Shown in pieces: positions 14,297-26,893 of a stretch of DNA of 64,000 nt. Position numbers and translations under genes: made by a program. This DNA is from the human T2T-CHM13v2.0 reference genome, Homo sapiens: the NCBI RefSeq assembly GCF_009914755.1, contig NC_060927.1. One strand, given 5' to 3'. How positions within the stretch are numbered: position 1 is the first letter of the stretch; each line of letters begins with the position of its first letter. Below the pieces are notes generated by a model that saw nothing but the letters and a program-made list of their open reading frames with translations, did not search any database and was not told where the DNA came from.

Positions 14297-14646
14297 TAGG
14301 CAATCTCTTTTTGCATGGTCTGATATGCAGATTTCAGTTACCACAGTTTAATTCAATAAATAGCACAAGTCCTCCAATATCACAGTTCAATTCCCATCAC
14401 CATTAGCAGTGAGTAATTGCATAAAGAATGAACTTCAGTGGTAACTCTTTGGTCCACAAATCAGTAATTAAATAATAGATGTGCATGATGATCAGTGACC
14501 AGTTACTTCTACGAAAGCCTATCAAATTGTCACTGCATACATATTATTTAGTACTCACACAATCAGCAACATCACATGTGTTTGTGTTAACTCCTTATCT
14601 CCCAATGGTAACCTGTGGCATTTGCAAAAATAGGTAATCAACAGAA
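14297..14646 (+). mobile_element. TcMar-Tigger non-autonomous fragment (Tigger13a-like)
   Basis: TA-flanked start taggcaatctcttttt..gatatgcagatttcagttaccacagttta, with internal gtgagtaattgcataaag and gatcagtgacc..gtcactg. Confidence 0.6.
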
Positions 14647-14766
14647 CTGTCTGACTTCATAATCTCTACCTCTCATCCAGGCTGAATCCTAAGAAAAGAC
14701 ACCAAAGTGTTCAGTGTTAGTCTGTGGTACCATGGAGGCATTTTCTTCATTGGCACATATTATTTT

Positions 14767-17700
14767 CTTCTACTCCTTTAAAAAATATTGAAGTAAGATT
14801 TACACATAAAAAGTTGTACATATTTAATGTACACAAAGTAAGGAGTTTGAGGATAAGCATATACTCATGAAACTATCAATATCGTCAACGCCAAAAATAT
14901 ACCCGTCACCTCCCAAAGTTTCCTCTAGCCTCCTTTATTATTATTACTGAAATTTATGTGGGTGTGTTGTAAGAATGCAACATAAGATCTACCATCTTAG
15001 CAAATTTTAAGTTGGCAAAAAATTATTAGCTTTAGGCACTGTGCTAGTAGTAGATCTCAATAACTTATTTATCTCCCATAACTGAAACTTTGCACCCCTT
15101 AAACATCAACTTTCATTTTTCCCTCCCCAAGCACCTGACAACCACTATTCTACTATCTGCTTCTATGGGTTTGGCTATTTTAGGTTCTACATATAAGTGA
15201 AATCACATAATATTTGTCTTTCTGTGTCTGGCTTATTTCACTTGGCATAATGTCCTCAGGGTTCATGAGATATGTTGTCACTGATGACAAAAATTTCTCT
15301 TTTTTAAGGCTAGTCAAGTGAAGCAGTGGAAGTAAAAATTTTCCTTTTTTAAGGATGAGTAGTGTTCTATTTTTATGTATTTACAACATTTTCTTTATCT
15401 CTTCATCTATCAATGGACATTTAGTTTGTTTCTATAGTTTGGCTATTTTAAATAATGCTACATGAAACTGGAACTGCAGATATCTCTTAGAAATCCTGAT
15501 TTCATTTCCTTTGAATGTATATCTAGAAGTGAGATTGTTGGATCATATTGTAGTTCTATTTTTTAATCCTTGAAGAAACTCCATAGTATTTTCTATAATT
15601 GCTGTACCAATTTTTGTTCCCACCAACAGTGTACAGAGGATTCCTTTTCTTCATATTCTCATCAACACTAATTATCTTTGGTTTTTAATAGCAGCCATTT
15701 TAACAGGTACAAGGTGATATCTTATTGTTTTGATTTGCATTTCTCTGATGATTAGTAATGTTGAGCACCTTTACATGTTGGGCATTTGTGTGGAGACAGT
15801 TTTTTTTTTGTTTGTTTGTTTTTTTTTTGGAGAGCTGTCTATTCATGTTCTTCGCCTATTTTTTAATTGAGTTTTGTTGGTTTTGTTTTGTTTATTTGTG
15901 ATTCAATTGTATCAATCCCTTGAATATTTCAGATGTTAAACCCTTATTAGATGTATGGTTTACAAATGTTTCCTCCCACGCTGTAGGTTGCTTTTTCATC
16001 TTGTTGATTGTTTTATTTTCTGTGTAGAAGCTTTTTAGTTTGATGTCATCTTGCTTGTTTAGTTTTGCTTTGTTTGTCTAAGCTTTTGGTGTCAGAACCA
16101 AATAATAAAAATCGTTGCCAAGACCCGTGTCGAGAAGGTTTTTCCCTGTTTTCCTCTAAGAATTTTATAGTTTCAGATGTTATATTTTGTCTTTCATCCA
16201 TTTTGAGTTGATTTTTGTGTATGCTGCAGTTTAAGGGTTCAATTTTACTTTTGTGCCTGTGGATATCTAATTTTTCCAACACCATTTACTAAAGAGACTA
16301 TCCTTTCCCCACTGTGTATTCTTGTCAAAAATTAGCTGACCGTATATGCATGGCTTTATTTCTGGAATTTCTATTTTGTTCCATGTATCTGTTTCTATGC
16401 CAGTACCATCCTGTTTTAATTACTATAGCTTTGTAATATTATTTGAAATCAGAAAGTGTAATGTTTTCAGCTTTGTTCTTTTTTTTCAAGAGTGCTTTGG
16501 TTATTCAGTCTTTTGTGATTCCACAGGAATTATAGGATGGTTTTTATATTTCTGAGAAAAAAATGCTATTGTAATTTTTAAAGGCATTGCTTTGAATCTA
16601 TAAATCACTTTAGGTATTATGAACATTTCAACAATATTAGTTCTTCCAATTCACAAATATGAAATATTTTTCTATTTATTTGTGTCTTCTTCAATTTCTT
16701 TCATCAGTGTTTTACAGTTTTTCAAGAATAGCTCTCTTACCTCCTTGGTTAAATGAATTCATAAGTATTTTATTCCTTTTGATGATATTATAAATGGGAA
16801 TGTTTTCTTATTTGTTTTTTAGACAGTTTGTTGTTAGTGTATAAAAATGCAACTGAAACTCTATGTTGCATTTGTATCCCAAAACTTCACAAAATTGATT
16901 AATTCTCATTTATTTTTTATGGAGTCTTTAGGGTTTTCTATATATAAGATCAGGTTATATGCAGAAAGAGACAATTCTACTTCTTTCTTTCAAACTTGAA
17001 TGTCTTTATTGCCTTCCATTGACTAATTGTTCTGGCTAGAACTTCCAGTACTACGTTGTTTAGAAATGACAAGAGTGGCATTCTTATCTTGTACATAATG
17101 TTAGAGAAATAGCTTTCAGCATTTTGACTTTTATTATGTTGTATTTACATTTGACCTTTATTATGTTGTACATTTCTTCTATACCTAATATGTCAAGAGT
17201 TTTAATCATGAAAATGTGTTGAATTTTGCCAAATGCTTTGTCTCCATTGGGATGATCATATGATTTTTATAATTTATTCTGTTCATGTGGTATATAACAT
17301 TTACTGATTTGCGTATGTTAAATTATCCTTATATTTGAAAGATAAATCCTCCTTGATCATAGCGAATGATTCTTTTAATGTGCTGTTGAATTTGGTTTGC
17401 TAAGATTTGGTTAAGGATTTTTGCATCTATGTACTTTTCTTGTAATGTTCTTGCCCGGCTTTGGTATCAGGGTAATTCTGTCCTTATTAAATGAGTTTAT
17501 AAATGTTTCTTCCTCTTCAAGTTTTTGGAAAGAGTCAGAGAAGAACTGGCATTAATTCTTTAATGTTTAGTAGCATTCATCCATGAAGCCATCAGATCAT
17601 GGCTTGTTGTTGCTCTTGGGAGGTTTTTGATTACGGATTCAGTCTACTTGTATGTTATTGGTCTGTTCAGATTTTTTATATTATCATGATTAAGTCTTGG

Positions 17701-20700
17701 TAGATTGTAAGTTTTTAGGAATTCATCCATTTCCCTTTTGATTTCTTCTTTAACCCATTGGTTGTTCAGAAGTATATTGCTTAATTTTCACATATTTGTG
17801 AATTATCTGATTTTCTTCCTAGTATTGATTTCTAGTTTCATACCGTTATGGTAGAAAAGATGCTTGATATTTTAATCTTTCGAAATCAGTTAAGACTTCT
17901 TTTGTGACCTATCATCTGATCTACTCTGGAGAATTCTGTGTGAACATTCCATGTGATTAATGTGTTTCCTACTGCTGTTTGATAAAAAACTTTTATATAT
18001 GTCTATTAGTTCCATTTGATTTTTAGTGTTTAAGTCTGTTTCCTTATTGATTTTGTTTCTAGATAATCTGTCCTTGTTAAAAGTGGGGTATTGAAATTCC
18101 CTACGATTATTTTATTGCTATTTCCTTCTTCAGTTCTGATAATATTTACTTTATATATCATGATGCTCTAATATTGAGTGCACATATATTTATAATGGTA
18201 ATGTCCATTTGATAAACTCATGACTTTGTTCTTTTGTAATAACTTTCTTTGTCCCATTTTACAGTTTTTGACTTAAAATCTACTTCATCTCATATATATA
18301 TAACCAACTCTGCTCTGTTTTGGTTACAACTTGTGTAGAATATCTTTTTTCATCCACTTACTTTCAGGCTGTGTATATTCTGAAAGCTAAAGTGAGTCTC
18401 TTGTAGAATCTCGTTTTTTTATCCTTTAGTCACTATATATTTTGATTGAAAAATTTCATCCATTTGCATTTGTAGTAATTAGTTATTATTGATAGTTAAA
18501 GACTTACTATTGCCATTTTGTTAGTTTTGGGGTTTTTCTTTTTTACAATTTTGTAGTGGCTTTTATTCTCCCTCTCTTGCTCTCCTTCTTGGTGATTTGA
18601 TAAAATTTTTACTTGTGTGCTTTGATTTATTTTTCTTTATCTTTTATGTATCTAACATATGTTTTACCTTTGTGATTTCCATGAGACTTATATAAAACTT
18701 GATAGTTAAAACAATCTATTTAGCCTGATAACAACTTAATTTTTGTTACATATAAAAACTCTGTATTTTCATTCCTGAACATACATTTTATGATATTGAT
18801 GTCACAATTTACAACTTTTTATATGGTGTATGCATTAAGTAATTACTGTAGCCATAACTATATTGAATACTTTGCCTTTTAACTTTCATAGTAGAGTTAA
18901 AAGTAATTTGTGCAACATAATTACACTACTAGAGTATTCAGACTTTGACTATATTTTTCCCTTAACCGTTGCATGTTTTCATGTTGCTAATTAGCAACTC
19001 TTCATTTCATTTCTTGAAAAATGATGAAATCTCAGTGTTTGTTTGTCTGGGAATGTCCTTATCACTCTTTCATTTCTGAAGAATAGCCTTGCCAAGTATA
19101 GTATTTTTGTTTGGTAGTTTCTTTCTTTTTTTTTTTTTTTCCAGTGCTTTCAATATGTCATCCAACACTCTCCTGCTCTGTAAGATTTCTGTTGAGAAAT
19201 CCACTGATAGTCTTATGAAGATTCCCTTATACTTGATGAATTGCCTTTCTCTGGCTGCTTTCAAAATTCTCTTTGATTTTGGACAATGTTATTAGAATGT
19301 CTCGATAAAAGCCTCTATGTTCAATATGTTGGGGTTATTTGTGCTTCAACTATCTGGATGTTCATTTCAATATTTAGATTTGGGGAGTTTTCTGTCATTA
19401 TTTCTTAAAATAAGTTTTCTGGCCCTTTCTCTTTCTCTGCTTCTTCTGGAACTTTTATAATGTGTACATTAGTTCACTTGATGGTGTTTCATACATATCA
19501 TCAGCTTTCTTTACTCTTTTTTATTCTTTTATCTTTTTATTCCACTAATTGGATCATTTCAAATTATCTATCTTTGAGTTCACTGACTTTTTTTTCTACA
19601 TAATTAAATATGCTGTTGTAGCTCTCTTTTGAATTTTTCAGTTGGAACACTGTATTCTTCAGCTGAGCTTCTTTCAGATGATTATTTCAAATTTGTTGTC
19701 AGGAAATTCATAGATCTCCATTTCAATGAGCTCAGTCACTGGAGCTTTATTTTATTTTATGGCAATATTATATTACCTTGATGATTCATGTTCCTTGAAT
19801 CCTTGCATTACTTTCTTCACATTTGAAAAACAACAATTACCTTCTCTAGTTGTTACTGACTGGCTAGAGGAGAGAAAGACTTTCAACAGTCAACCTGACT
19901 AGAGGGATTCTGGAGGGCTTGTAGATCTTTCCCATGAGTATATCTGCTCCACTTCTCTTGTTTCTTCTTGGGGAGGATGTCTTGGGATTGTGTGTCTTCT
20001 TTTGATCCTGCAAAGCCAGGCTTGGTGCTGAGAGCCTCTCATTTATTTTCCCTAGGACAGTGCCCTAATGCATTTAAACTAGCATGCCTTCTTCCAATAC
20101 AGCAGAGTTAAGCTGGTTGCTGAGATCCATATCTGTTATTAAGATCTGTTCAATGTCCAAGATAGCTCATATGTGTTATCTATGTAGATATATTGAGTAC
20201 CATGCATGGAGATGCATAAGATGCCAGCCACAGGACAGTATATAGGATGCTTGGGGCATTCCTTGATAGGTTAGGGAGGTACACAAAAGAGTCATCCTGC
20301 AGGTTCATGGAAAGGCTTCTTGATCTAGTCCTCAAACTGGTTAGCAGGAATTGTGGCCAATTGTTGAGATTCATGCTCTAGTTTCTGTTATTTTCTGACC
20401 TTTCTTTTTGTTCCTAGTTGTTACCAGATGATACAGCCATGTTGATTCCCTCAGTGTCCTGGGTTGGGCAAGACAAACATGGGCCTTCTAGGTATTTCAC
20501 TTTTTTTCTCACTTTCTTCTGTGTGAGAAATCTTTGTGACACTGCTTATCTTACCTTCTTCAATGTGTCCACTCTTGAATTTTTTGGACCACCAAATGCT
20601 GAAATCACTCAGTTGTACTTTGGGACCTCTTTAAAGTATTCTTATTTGTGGTTTGTTTCTACGGGGAAATGAGAGCCAGAAATTCCTATTCTGTTTGCTG

Positions 20701-20710
20701 ATGTCATTCC
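14767..20710 (-). mobile_element. Old LINE-1 (L1MA9-like 3' end) retaining both termini, decayed ORF1/ORF2, internal ORF2 deletion
   Basis: 3' UTR at 14780-15300; ORF2 relics (16046..16285 and others); ORF1 C-terminal relic 19070..19264 (KAARERQFIKYKGIFIRLSVDFSTEILQSRR). 5' terminus gggaatgacatcagcaa on the minus strand at ~20710. Flanking TSD-like cacatattatttt (14754-14766) / cacatatcttttt (20711-20723). Confidence 0.9.
15306..15333 (-). pseudogene. Y3 RNA 3'-end retrocopy fragment (28 nt) with 17-bp TSD
   Basis: Minus strand ACTTCCACTGCTTCACTTGACTAGCCTT matches the hY3 3' end (ACTCCCACTGCTTCACTTGACTAGCCTT, from memory) at 27/28. Direct repeats at 15289-15305 and 15334-15350 match at 15/17. 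Confidence 0.85.
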
Positions 20711-21893
20711 CACATATCTTTTTTTCTTTATCTTCTCTATCCTTGGTGATATGGGCCTTGATACATTGTAAAACTCTCTATTACTGACATTACAGATCTT
20801 CCATTACTAAGATTAAAGTATTTCCATTACTTTCATCTCAACAGGAAACTTAAAGAAAGACAATTTTGAGTTTGGCATGGTATGGTATAACAAGTGTACT
20901 GTATTTTAATTGTTTGTATTCTGGGAGTCATCAGGATCTGAAAATCAATCAGCTGGAGCATTCATTGAACTCTTATAGTACTCTCTTGTTAAGGTGCTAG
21001 GAAAGCTTGGTCCAAGTTCATCTGTAAGCAGGTCTTCCTAAAGTATAGCGGTATGCTAATAGCTCATCTGATAATATGTATTCACAGGGTAAGTATATTT
21101 TATTTATCACATCATATACGTTTGGTGATTTTGTTGTAGTGCTATGGCAATGGACAGTTGGTGGCTTTTCTTTTTTAAAAAAATTAAGTTAACTTTAAAT
21201 AAATATTTATTTCCTACTGCAATTGTTCTAGAAGTTTAAACAACTTAGACCGAGACTCACCTATCTGAGAGAGAAAGAATGATGTTTTCATGGTCTGTTT
21301 ACATATGACACTATCCATATTCATAATTTTCACTCCTCCCCCTTGCCACTGCCAGAAATGTCCAAGAGTGCCAACTAAGTCAGCCCTATTTACCTAGCTG
21401 CTTCATGTCAGCAAAAGTTAAATACAGATGTATCACACTTTATCTAAAAAGATTGTTGGTCTTAATATTCAGATTAATTTGGATCTGCTACAATTGTTTC
21501 AAAAATACTTAACATTTGTTCTAAGTTTTTATATGTATTAGAGTCAAGTACAGTGAGGATGTAGAGAATGGGAAAGACATCCAACTGAAGGTCAAATCAG
21601 TAAGTCCTAATCAAGTTCCTGATATATATTTACCTCTTTAACCTTGTGGATGTATATCAACATATATCAGAGTTGGAAAACCCATATATCATATGGATAT
21701 AAGCACTCTGTTTATTTATAATTTTCTAGAGAACAAAATTTTCAAGGTTTTAATCACCTGTATTCTCATACCTAATGTACATTTTCAGTTTGTATTTCTG
21801 ATCCATATAAACATAATGACTGAGAAATATTCTACCTTCATTTGATGCAGGAGAATACTGAATTGTCTTATTAATAAAATTTTAAATGAGACC

Positions 21894-22290
21894 TATATTA
21901 GTCCATTATCGCACCACTATAAAGATGTACCTGAGACTGGGTAATTTATATAAAAAACACAATTTAATTGGCTCATGGTTCTGTGGGCTGTATAGGCTTC
22001 TGCTTCTGCATAGGTCTCAGGAAACTTACAGTGATGGCAGAAGGTGAAGGGGAAGTAGGCATATCTTACAAGGTGGTAGCAGAAAGAAGAGAGAGAAGGG
22101 GGAGGTGCTACATATTTTAAACAACCAGATCTTGTGAGAACTCTATCATGAGACAGCATTAGGGGGATGGTGCTAAACAACTGGAAACCACTCCCGTGAT
22201 TCAATTACCTCCCACCACGCTCCACCTCCAACATTGCGGATTACAATAAAACATGAGATTTTGGTTGGGACACAGAGCCAAACCATATCA
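21894..22290 (-). mobile_element. MaLR solo LTR, MSTA-like
   Basis: tatattagtccatt..ctgagactgggtaatttata..agggggatggtgctaaac..gacacagagccaaaccatatca. Confidence 0.85.
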
Positions 22291-22452
22291 ATGCCTTAGG
22301 CAACGAGTAAGCAAATTTCTTTTGTCAAGGGCTGGATTGTAAAGATGTAGGTTTCATGAGCTATAGGGTCTCTGTCACAACTACTCAACTCTTCAATTAT
22401 GTAGCTCTTAAAAGAGCTATATAAACTATGTAAATAATGAGTTGTAGAAATA

Positions 22453-22828
22453 TGCATTAGTCCATTCTCACACTGCTATAAAGAGCTACCTGATAAATTT
22501 CTAAAGAAAAGAGGTTTAATTGACTCATAGTTCACAGGCTACACAGGATGCATGGCTGGGGAGGCCAGGAAATTTACAATCATGGCAGAAGATTGAATGA
22601 GAAACAAGCACATCTTCATATGGTGGCAGGAGAGAAAGATAGCTAAGAGGGAAGTTCTACATATGTTCAAACAACCAGGTCTCATGAGAACTCACTCAAT
22701 ATCAAGAGAACAGCAAGAGGGAAGTCCGCTCTCATGATCCAGTCACCTCCCACCATGTCCCTCACTCAACCCTGGGAATTACAATTCAACATGAGATTTG
22801 GGTGGGGACACAGAGCCAAACCATATCA
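22453..22828 (-). mobile_element. MaLR solo LTR, THE1D/MSTA-like
   Basis: tgcattagtccattctcacactgctataaag..gaaaagaggtttaattgactca..gagatttgggtggggacacagagccaaaccatatca. Confidence 0.85.
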
Positions 22829-22934
22829 CAATGCCTTTATAAAATTTTACTTATGGACAGTAAAATCTGAATTTTTATAATCTTCACATGTCACAACATG
22901 TGAAGTTTGAATTTTTTCCAGTCATTAAATGTAA

Positions 22935-22939
22935 ACACA

Positions 22940-22984
<45 letters not shown>
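22935..22984 (+). repeat. (CA)n microsatellite, 22 perfect units at 22941-22984
   Basis: Read directly from the sequence. Confidence 0.97.
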
Positions 22985-22988
<4 letters not shown>

Positions 22989-25900
22989 TTGTTAGCTTGT
23001 GGCCCAAAGACAAATGGCTGACTAGATTTGGCCCATGGGTCATAGTTGTTCCTACCTTAGTATTACTTATTCTCACTAGAGGGCAAGGTTTAAATTTGTT
23101 TCTGAAGCTACCAAAAATCTCATGCAGAAAGAGACACCACAAAACCTACAAATGCTAAAGGGAATGTGACTTTCTGCAATATAATTGTAAAATTATCTTT
23201 TGTTATCTATAAGTTCTCTATATGTATTTTATTCAATATATATTCAAAAAAGACAAATGACATGCACATTTCACTCTCTTGGAAGTGACAAAGTTGTTAG
23301 CTCATCTACCAGCCATTAGCGATCAAGCTAGAGATTTGGCTAATATGTAAAATAAATATATTTTAAAAGACCAAAATATCAACAATTATCAAGGTATTTG
23401 GATCTACAGCAAGTACTAGGTTATAAGAAAAATTAGTATATATTTGTTGTTTATGCTGTTAGCAAAATATTTTTACACATCATACGTATCTTAATTGCTT
23501 TTACAACAACCCATCATGATATTAGTATTACGTATATAGAGCAGAAACAGTACCTAAGCACCTGGGCAGCAACTCTCAATTGCAGTAAAAATAAATCTAA
23601 TGTTGAGAACAGCTTAGAACAAACTTGAGTCCAAATAGAAAACAGAATTAAACAAACAAGACTTTTTTTTTTCTTATCAACCTTCCCATCATATTTCCAA
23701 AAGATTCCAAATCTATTGTTAATAGAGCAGAAGGGAAATAATAAAAAAGAGAAGTATTGGGCAGAAAGGAGATCATATTTGTTGAGTACCTAGAATACAC
23801 CAGGCAAATAATAATATAATAATAAAAAATAGACTTTGGACAAAATGTGTGAGAAGAGGAAACAATATTTTTTAGCAGTCTACCTCTACTTGACACAGCA
23901 CATACTCTAATAAACTCCACTCTCCTTTCCTACCTTAAATGGTATTAAGTGCCATCTGTGCCTTACCTTCTTAGCCCTTACTATGCCAACTATAGTGTTT
24001 ATAGTTCTTTTTATCTCTCTAAACTAACCTATTGTAACTATTAACCAAGTAAGAAAAACTAGGCCTCAGGGAAGTTAATGTGTCTAAGTTTATAATCTAA
24101 TAAAAAGAATCAAGGACAGGACTTGGACTACATCAGACTCAACTGTCTTTTAATGTAGATATTACCAAATTTGTAGGACTTTTATGATAAGAAATTAGAC
24201 TGTGAAATTACTTTTTAGCAGATTGACAGGAAAGTTATTACTTTAAATTATATCCATTTCAGGCATGGCTTTATAATAACCATAGAAATGATATGGAATA
24301 TCTATACAGTAGAAATTTTTTATTATTCTTTATCTGAACCTCTTAAGGAGAAGAATATCTATTATTGTGGCTTCAAAGATGTCCACTAATATTTCAGTAG
24401 TCGGGCCTTTGATATAGCACGGTTCCATAAGTCTTTTTCCTCTAGCAAGCTAGGGGATACTAAGAGAAAGTTTAACAGTGATAATCAAAAGAAACTTAGG
24501 GTTGAACACTGATCCTATTATAGCAAATGATTAGTACAGGTGGACCTTTCTTGATGTTCAGTGACTGTTGGTAATCCTTAAATAATCAGGCAGCTGCTAT
24601 ATAGCAAGAAAATGTCAAGTCGAACACCTGGGTGTTAAACATTTATACATGCTTGTAGGCCACTTTTGATCTATCTGCCCAACATGCCAAATGTCAGTGG
24701 CTTCACATAGGTTAGGAGGAAATCACCTCATTAGAGCATAGCTAGAGTTTGCTTAGAGTCAAAAGGCACAAAGAACACTGTATCCTTAGATGCAGGGTGG
24801 TTATTTTCCTGTGCACTGAGCTTGCTAGTATTTTTGAGTAGCTCATGTCCTCTATTGTCTATGTGTCTATAAACTACTCTTTTCTCTTTAAAAAGAACAT
24901 AGCAATGGCTTCGTTTTTCCAAGCAGAACAGTACAAATTACTGTTTAATGGCCTAGGATGCCATTATACGAAGGAGCAGCCTGCGCTGGCAACTCCCAAT
25001 TACACTTGGAGTTCTTCAAGGAGTTAATGACTGGTGGCTACACACTGTATACAGGGGTAATCAGCACAAGATAAGGTGGCATCCTGGCTCACAGGATGTT
25101 GTGCAGACAGAAGCATGTTGTCTGATTGCCTTCCTTAACCTTCAATTCAGTTCTGTTCCCCTTCCTATTGTACTGCGGATGCAGTAATTAGTTTGCAAAG
25201 AGCTTGGGGAAAATGGACTCACAAGCCAACTCATTTTCTTTTTTCAAAGAAGCTGCCCAAGTTCATAAACTGTAGTGAGAGCCTTACTCAAATCAATGTA
25301 GAGTTTATAAGTGAAAAAGGACAAAGAGCATAACGCAAATTGAAACTTGATTTTTCCATCCAATTTAGAGGACAGCAAATTTGATTTAAGAAATAGAACG
25401 TCAAGAAAAAGGAATGTCATGTATTAAGTCAAGGGCTCACACACAAAAATTAACAAGTCCATGAGGAAACTTTTTATTCTACCATAGTTCCCTACATCAT
25501 ACAACTCTCCCAATTCTATAATTTGGAAAGTAATTTGTAGAGCACAGTCTATTTAGAATACGATGTTAATTTGGCCACATATAAACCATTTATCTCTATA
25601 TTTTACATGATTATCATAAATAATGTGAAATAATTTTAAAGTTTAAACTATGATTGAATTTTTATTTTGGCAAGTAGTTGTAAGTTTTGGTTAAGAAAAT
25701 CATTGTCATATGTGTTTGACTAGAATCAAGATTAGTCTCATACTGCTGAATCAATCAAACTTTCCACCCAGTCTGAAGATTAATTTATTCAATCAAAATT
25801 GAATGTGGCTCCTAAAGGTAGAGTTTCCTCTACATCTCCTCAGTAACCTGGCGATATTCTTGGTAACTTGGATTTCTGAGTGTGATAGAAACTTTTAGCC

Positions 25901-26061
25901 AAACTTGAGCTTTTAGGACAATTATAGGAACTTGCCACCAAGCCAAAGGAATTGATGAAGGAGTTGCAGAGTACGTTTTCAGAAGCCTTAATGGTGTGGA
26001 ACAATACAGTTTCAAACATGACTGCAATGGCATTGCCCTTCCACTAGTGCTAATTGAACTA

Positions 26062-26270
26062 CAGATGCTTCTCCACTTAAAATGGATTTACTATCTGACA
26101 AACTCATTGTTAAGTTGAAAATGTAATAAATCAAAAATGTATTTAATACATCTAACCTGCCAAACATTTTAGTTTAGCCTAGCCTACCTTAAACATGCTC
26201 AGAACATTGTGTTACCCTACAGTTGGGCAAAATTATCTAACACGAAGCTTACTTTTTAATAAAGTATCAA
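26062..26270 (+). mobile_element. TcMar-Tigger MER47A-like fragment
   Basis: TA+cagatgcttctccacttaaaatgg start, then tttagcctagcctaccttaaacatgctcagaaca..ctacagttgggcaaaattatctaacac. Confidence 0.8.
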
Positions 26271-26422
26271 CTACATCGCATTTCCCAAATTAAACATATA
26301 TTACTATTTTAAAAGAAAATAACAACATATTAAACAGTCACTCAAATAATGGAAAGAAAAACCAAAAATGTTTATTACTAAATTGGAGCTATTTCTTACC
26401 TATACCTTTAAAATAAATGAAG

Positions 26423-26660
26423 GTATATAACATTGGTTAAAAGCATGGGCCCTTGTGACAAATAGATCTGGGTTCTTTTCAGCCCTATCACTTACTACTT
26501 GTGTGATCTTAGACAAGTTATATAAATTTCTTTATTTTCTTCTTTAGTTGAATGGGAATGATAATAGTAGCTTCTACATAATAAAGTTGTTTTAGGATTA
26601 CTTGAGATGAAACAGGTAAAAGGCAAAGAAAAGTTTCAGCAAATGTTCTCTTCTGTTGCC
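26423..26660 (+). mobile_element. MIR SINE
   Basis: tggttaaaagcatggg..agatctgggttc..cacttactacttgtgtgatcttagacaagtta..aatgggaatgataatagta. Confidence 0.7.
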
Positions 26661-26893
26661 ATCATCATAGTCTTCAATAATCATTAAAATTATCTGATGA
26701 ACATAAGAGGAAAAGGCTGCATTTTCGCCAGTGTGATGAAGAAAATCTTCCCAGAAGTGTACCTTGCAGAATAGTTGGAATGACTTGGAGTGTCAATTAT
26801 AAGAAGGAATAAGTACAAGTAGAAAAGAACATGGAAAAAGTTGAGGACAGCTCAAAATAAATAGATGGACAGATAAGCTGTCTTGATTTTACA

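Larger units (their letters stand above)
22303..23058. mobile_element. hAT-Charlie MER58B-like, split by a THE1/MST LTR and a (CA)n
   Basis: Left half ggtctctgtcacaactactcaactct (22303-22450). Right half ttatggacagtaaaatctgaatttttataatcttcacatgtcac..gatttggcccatgggtcatagtt (22830-23058). Confidence 0.75.
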
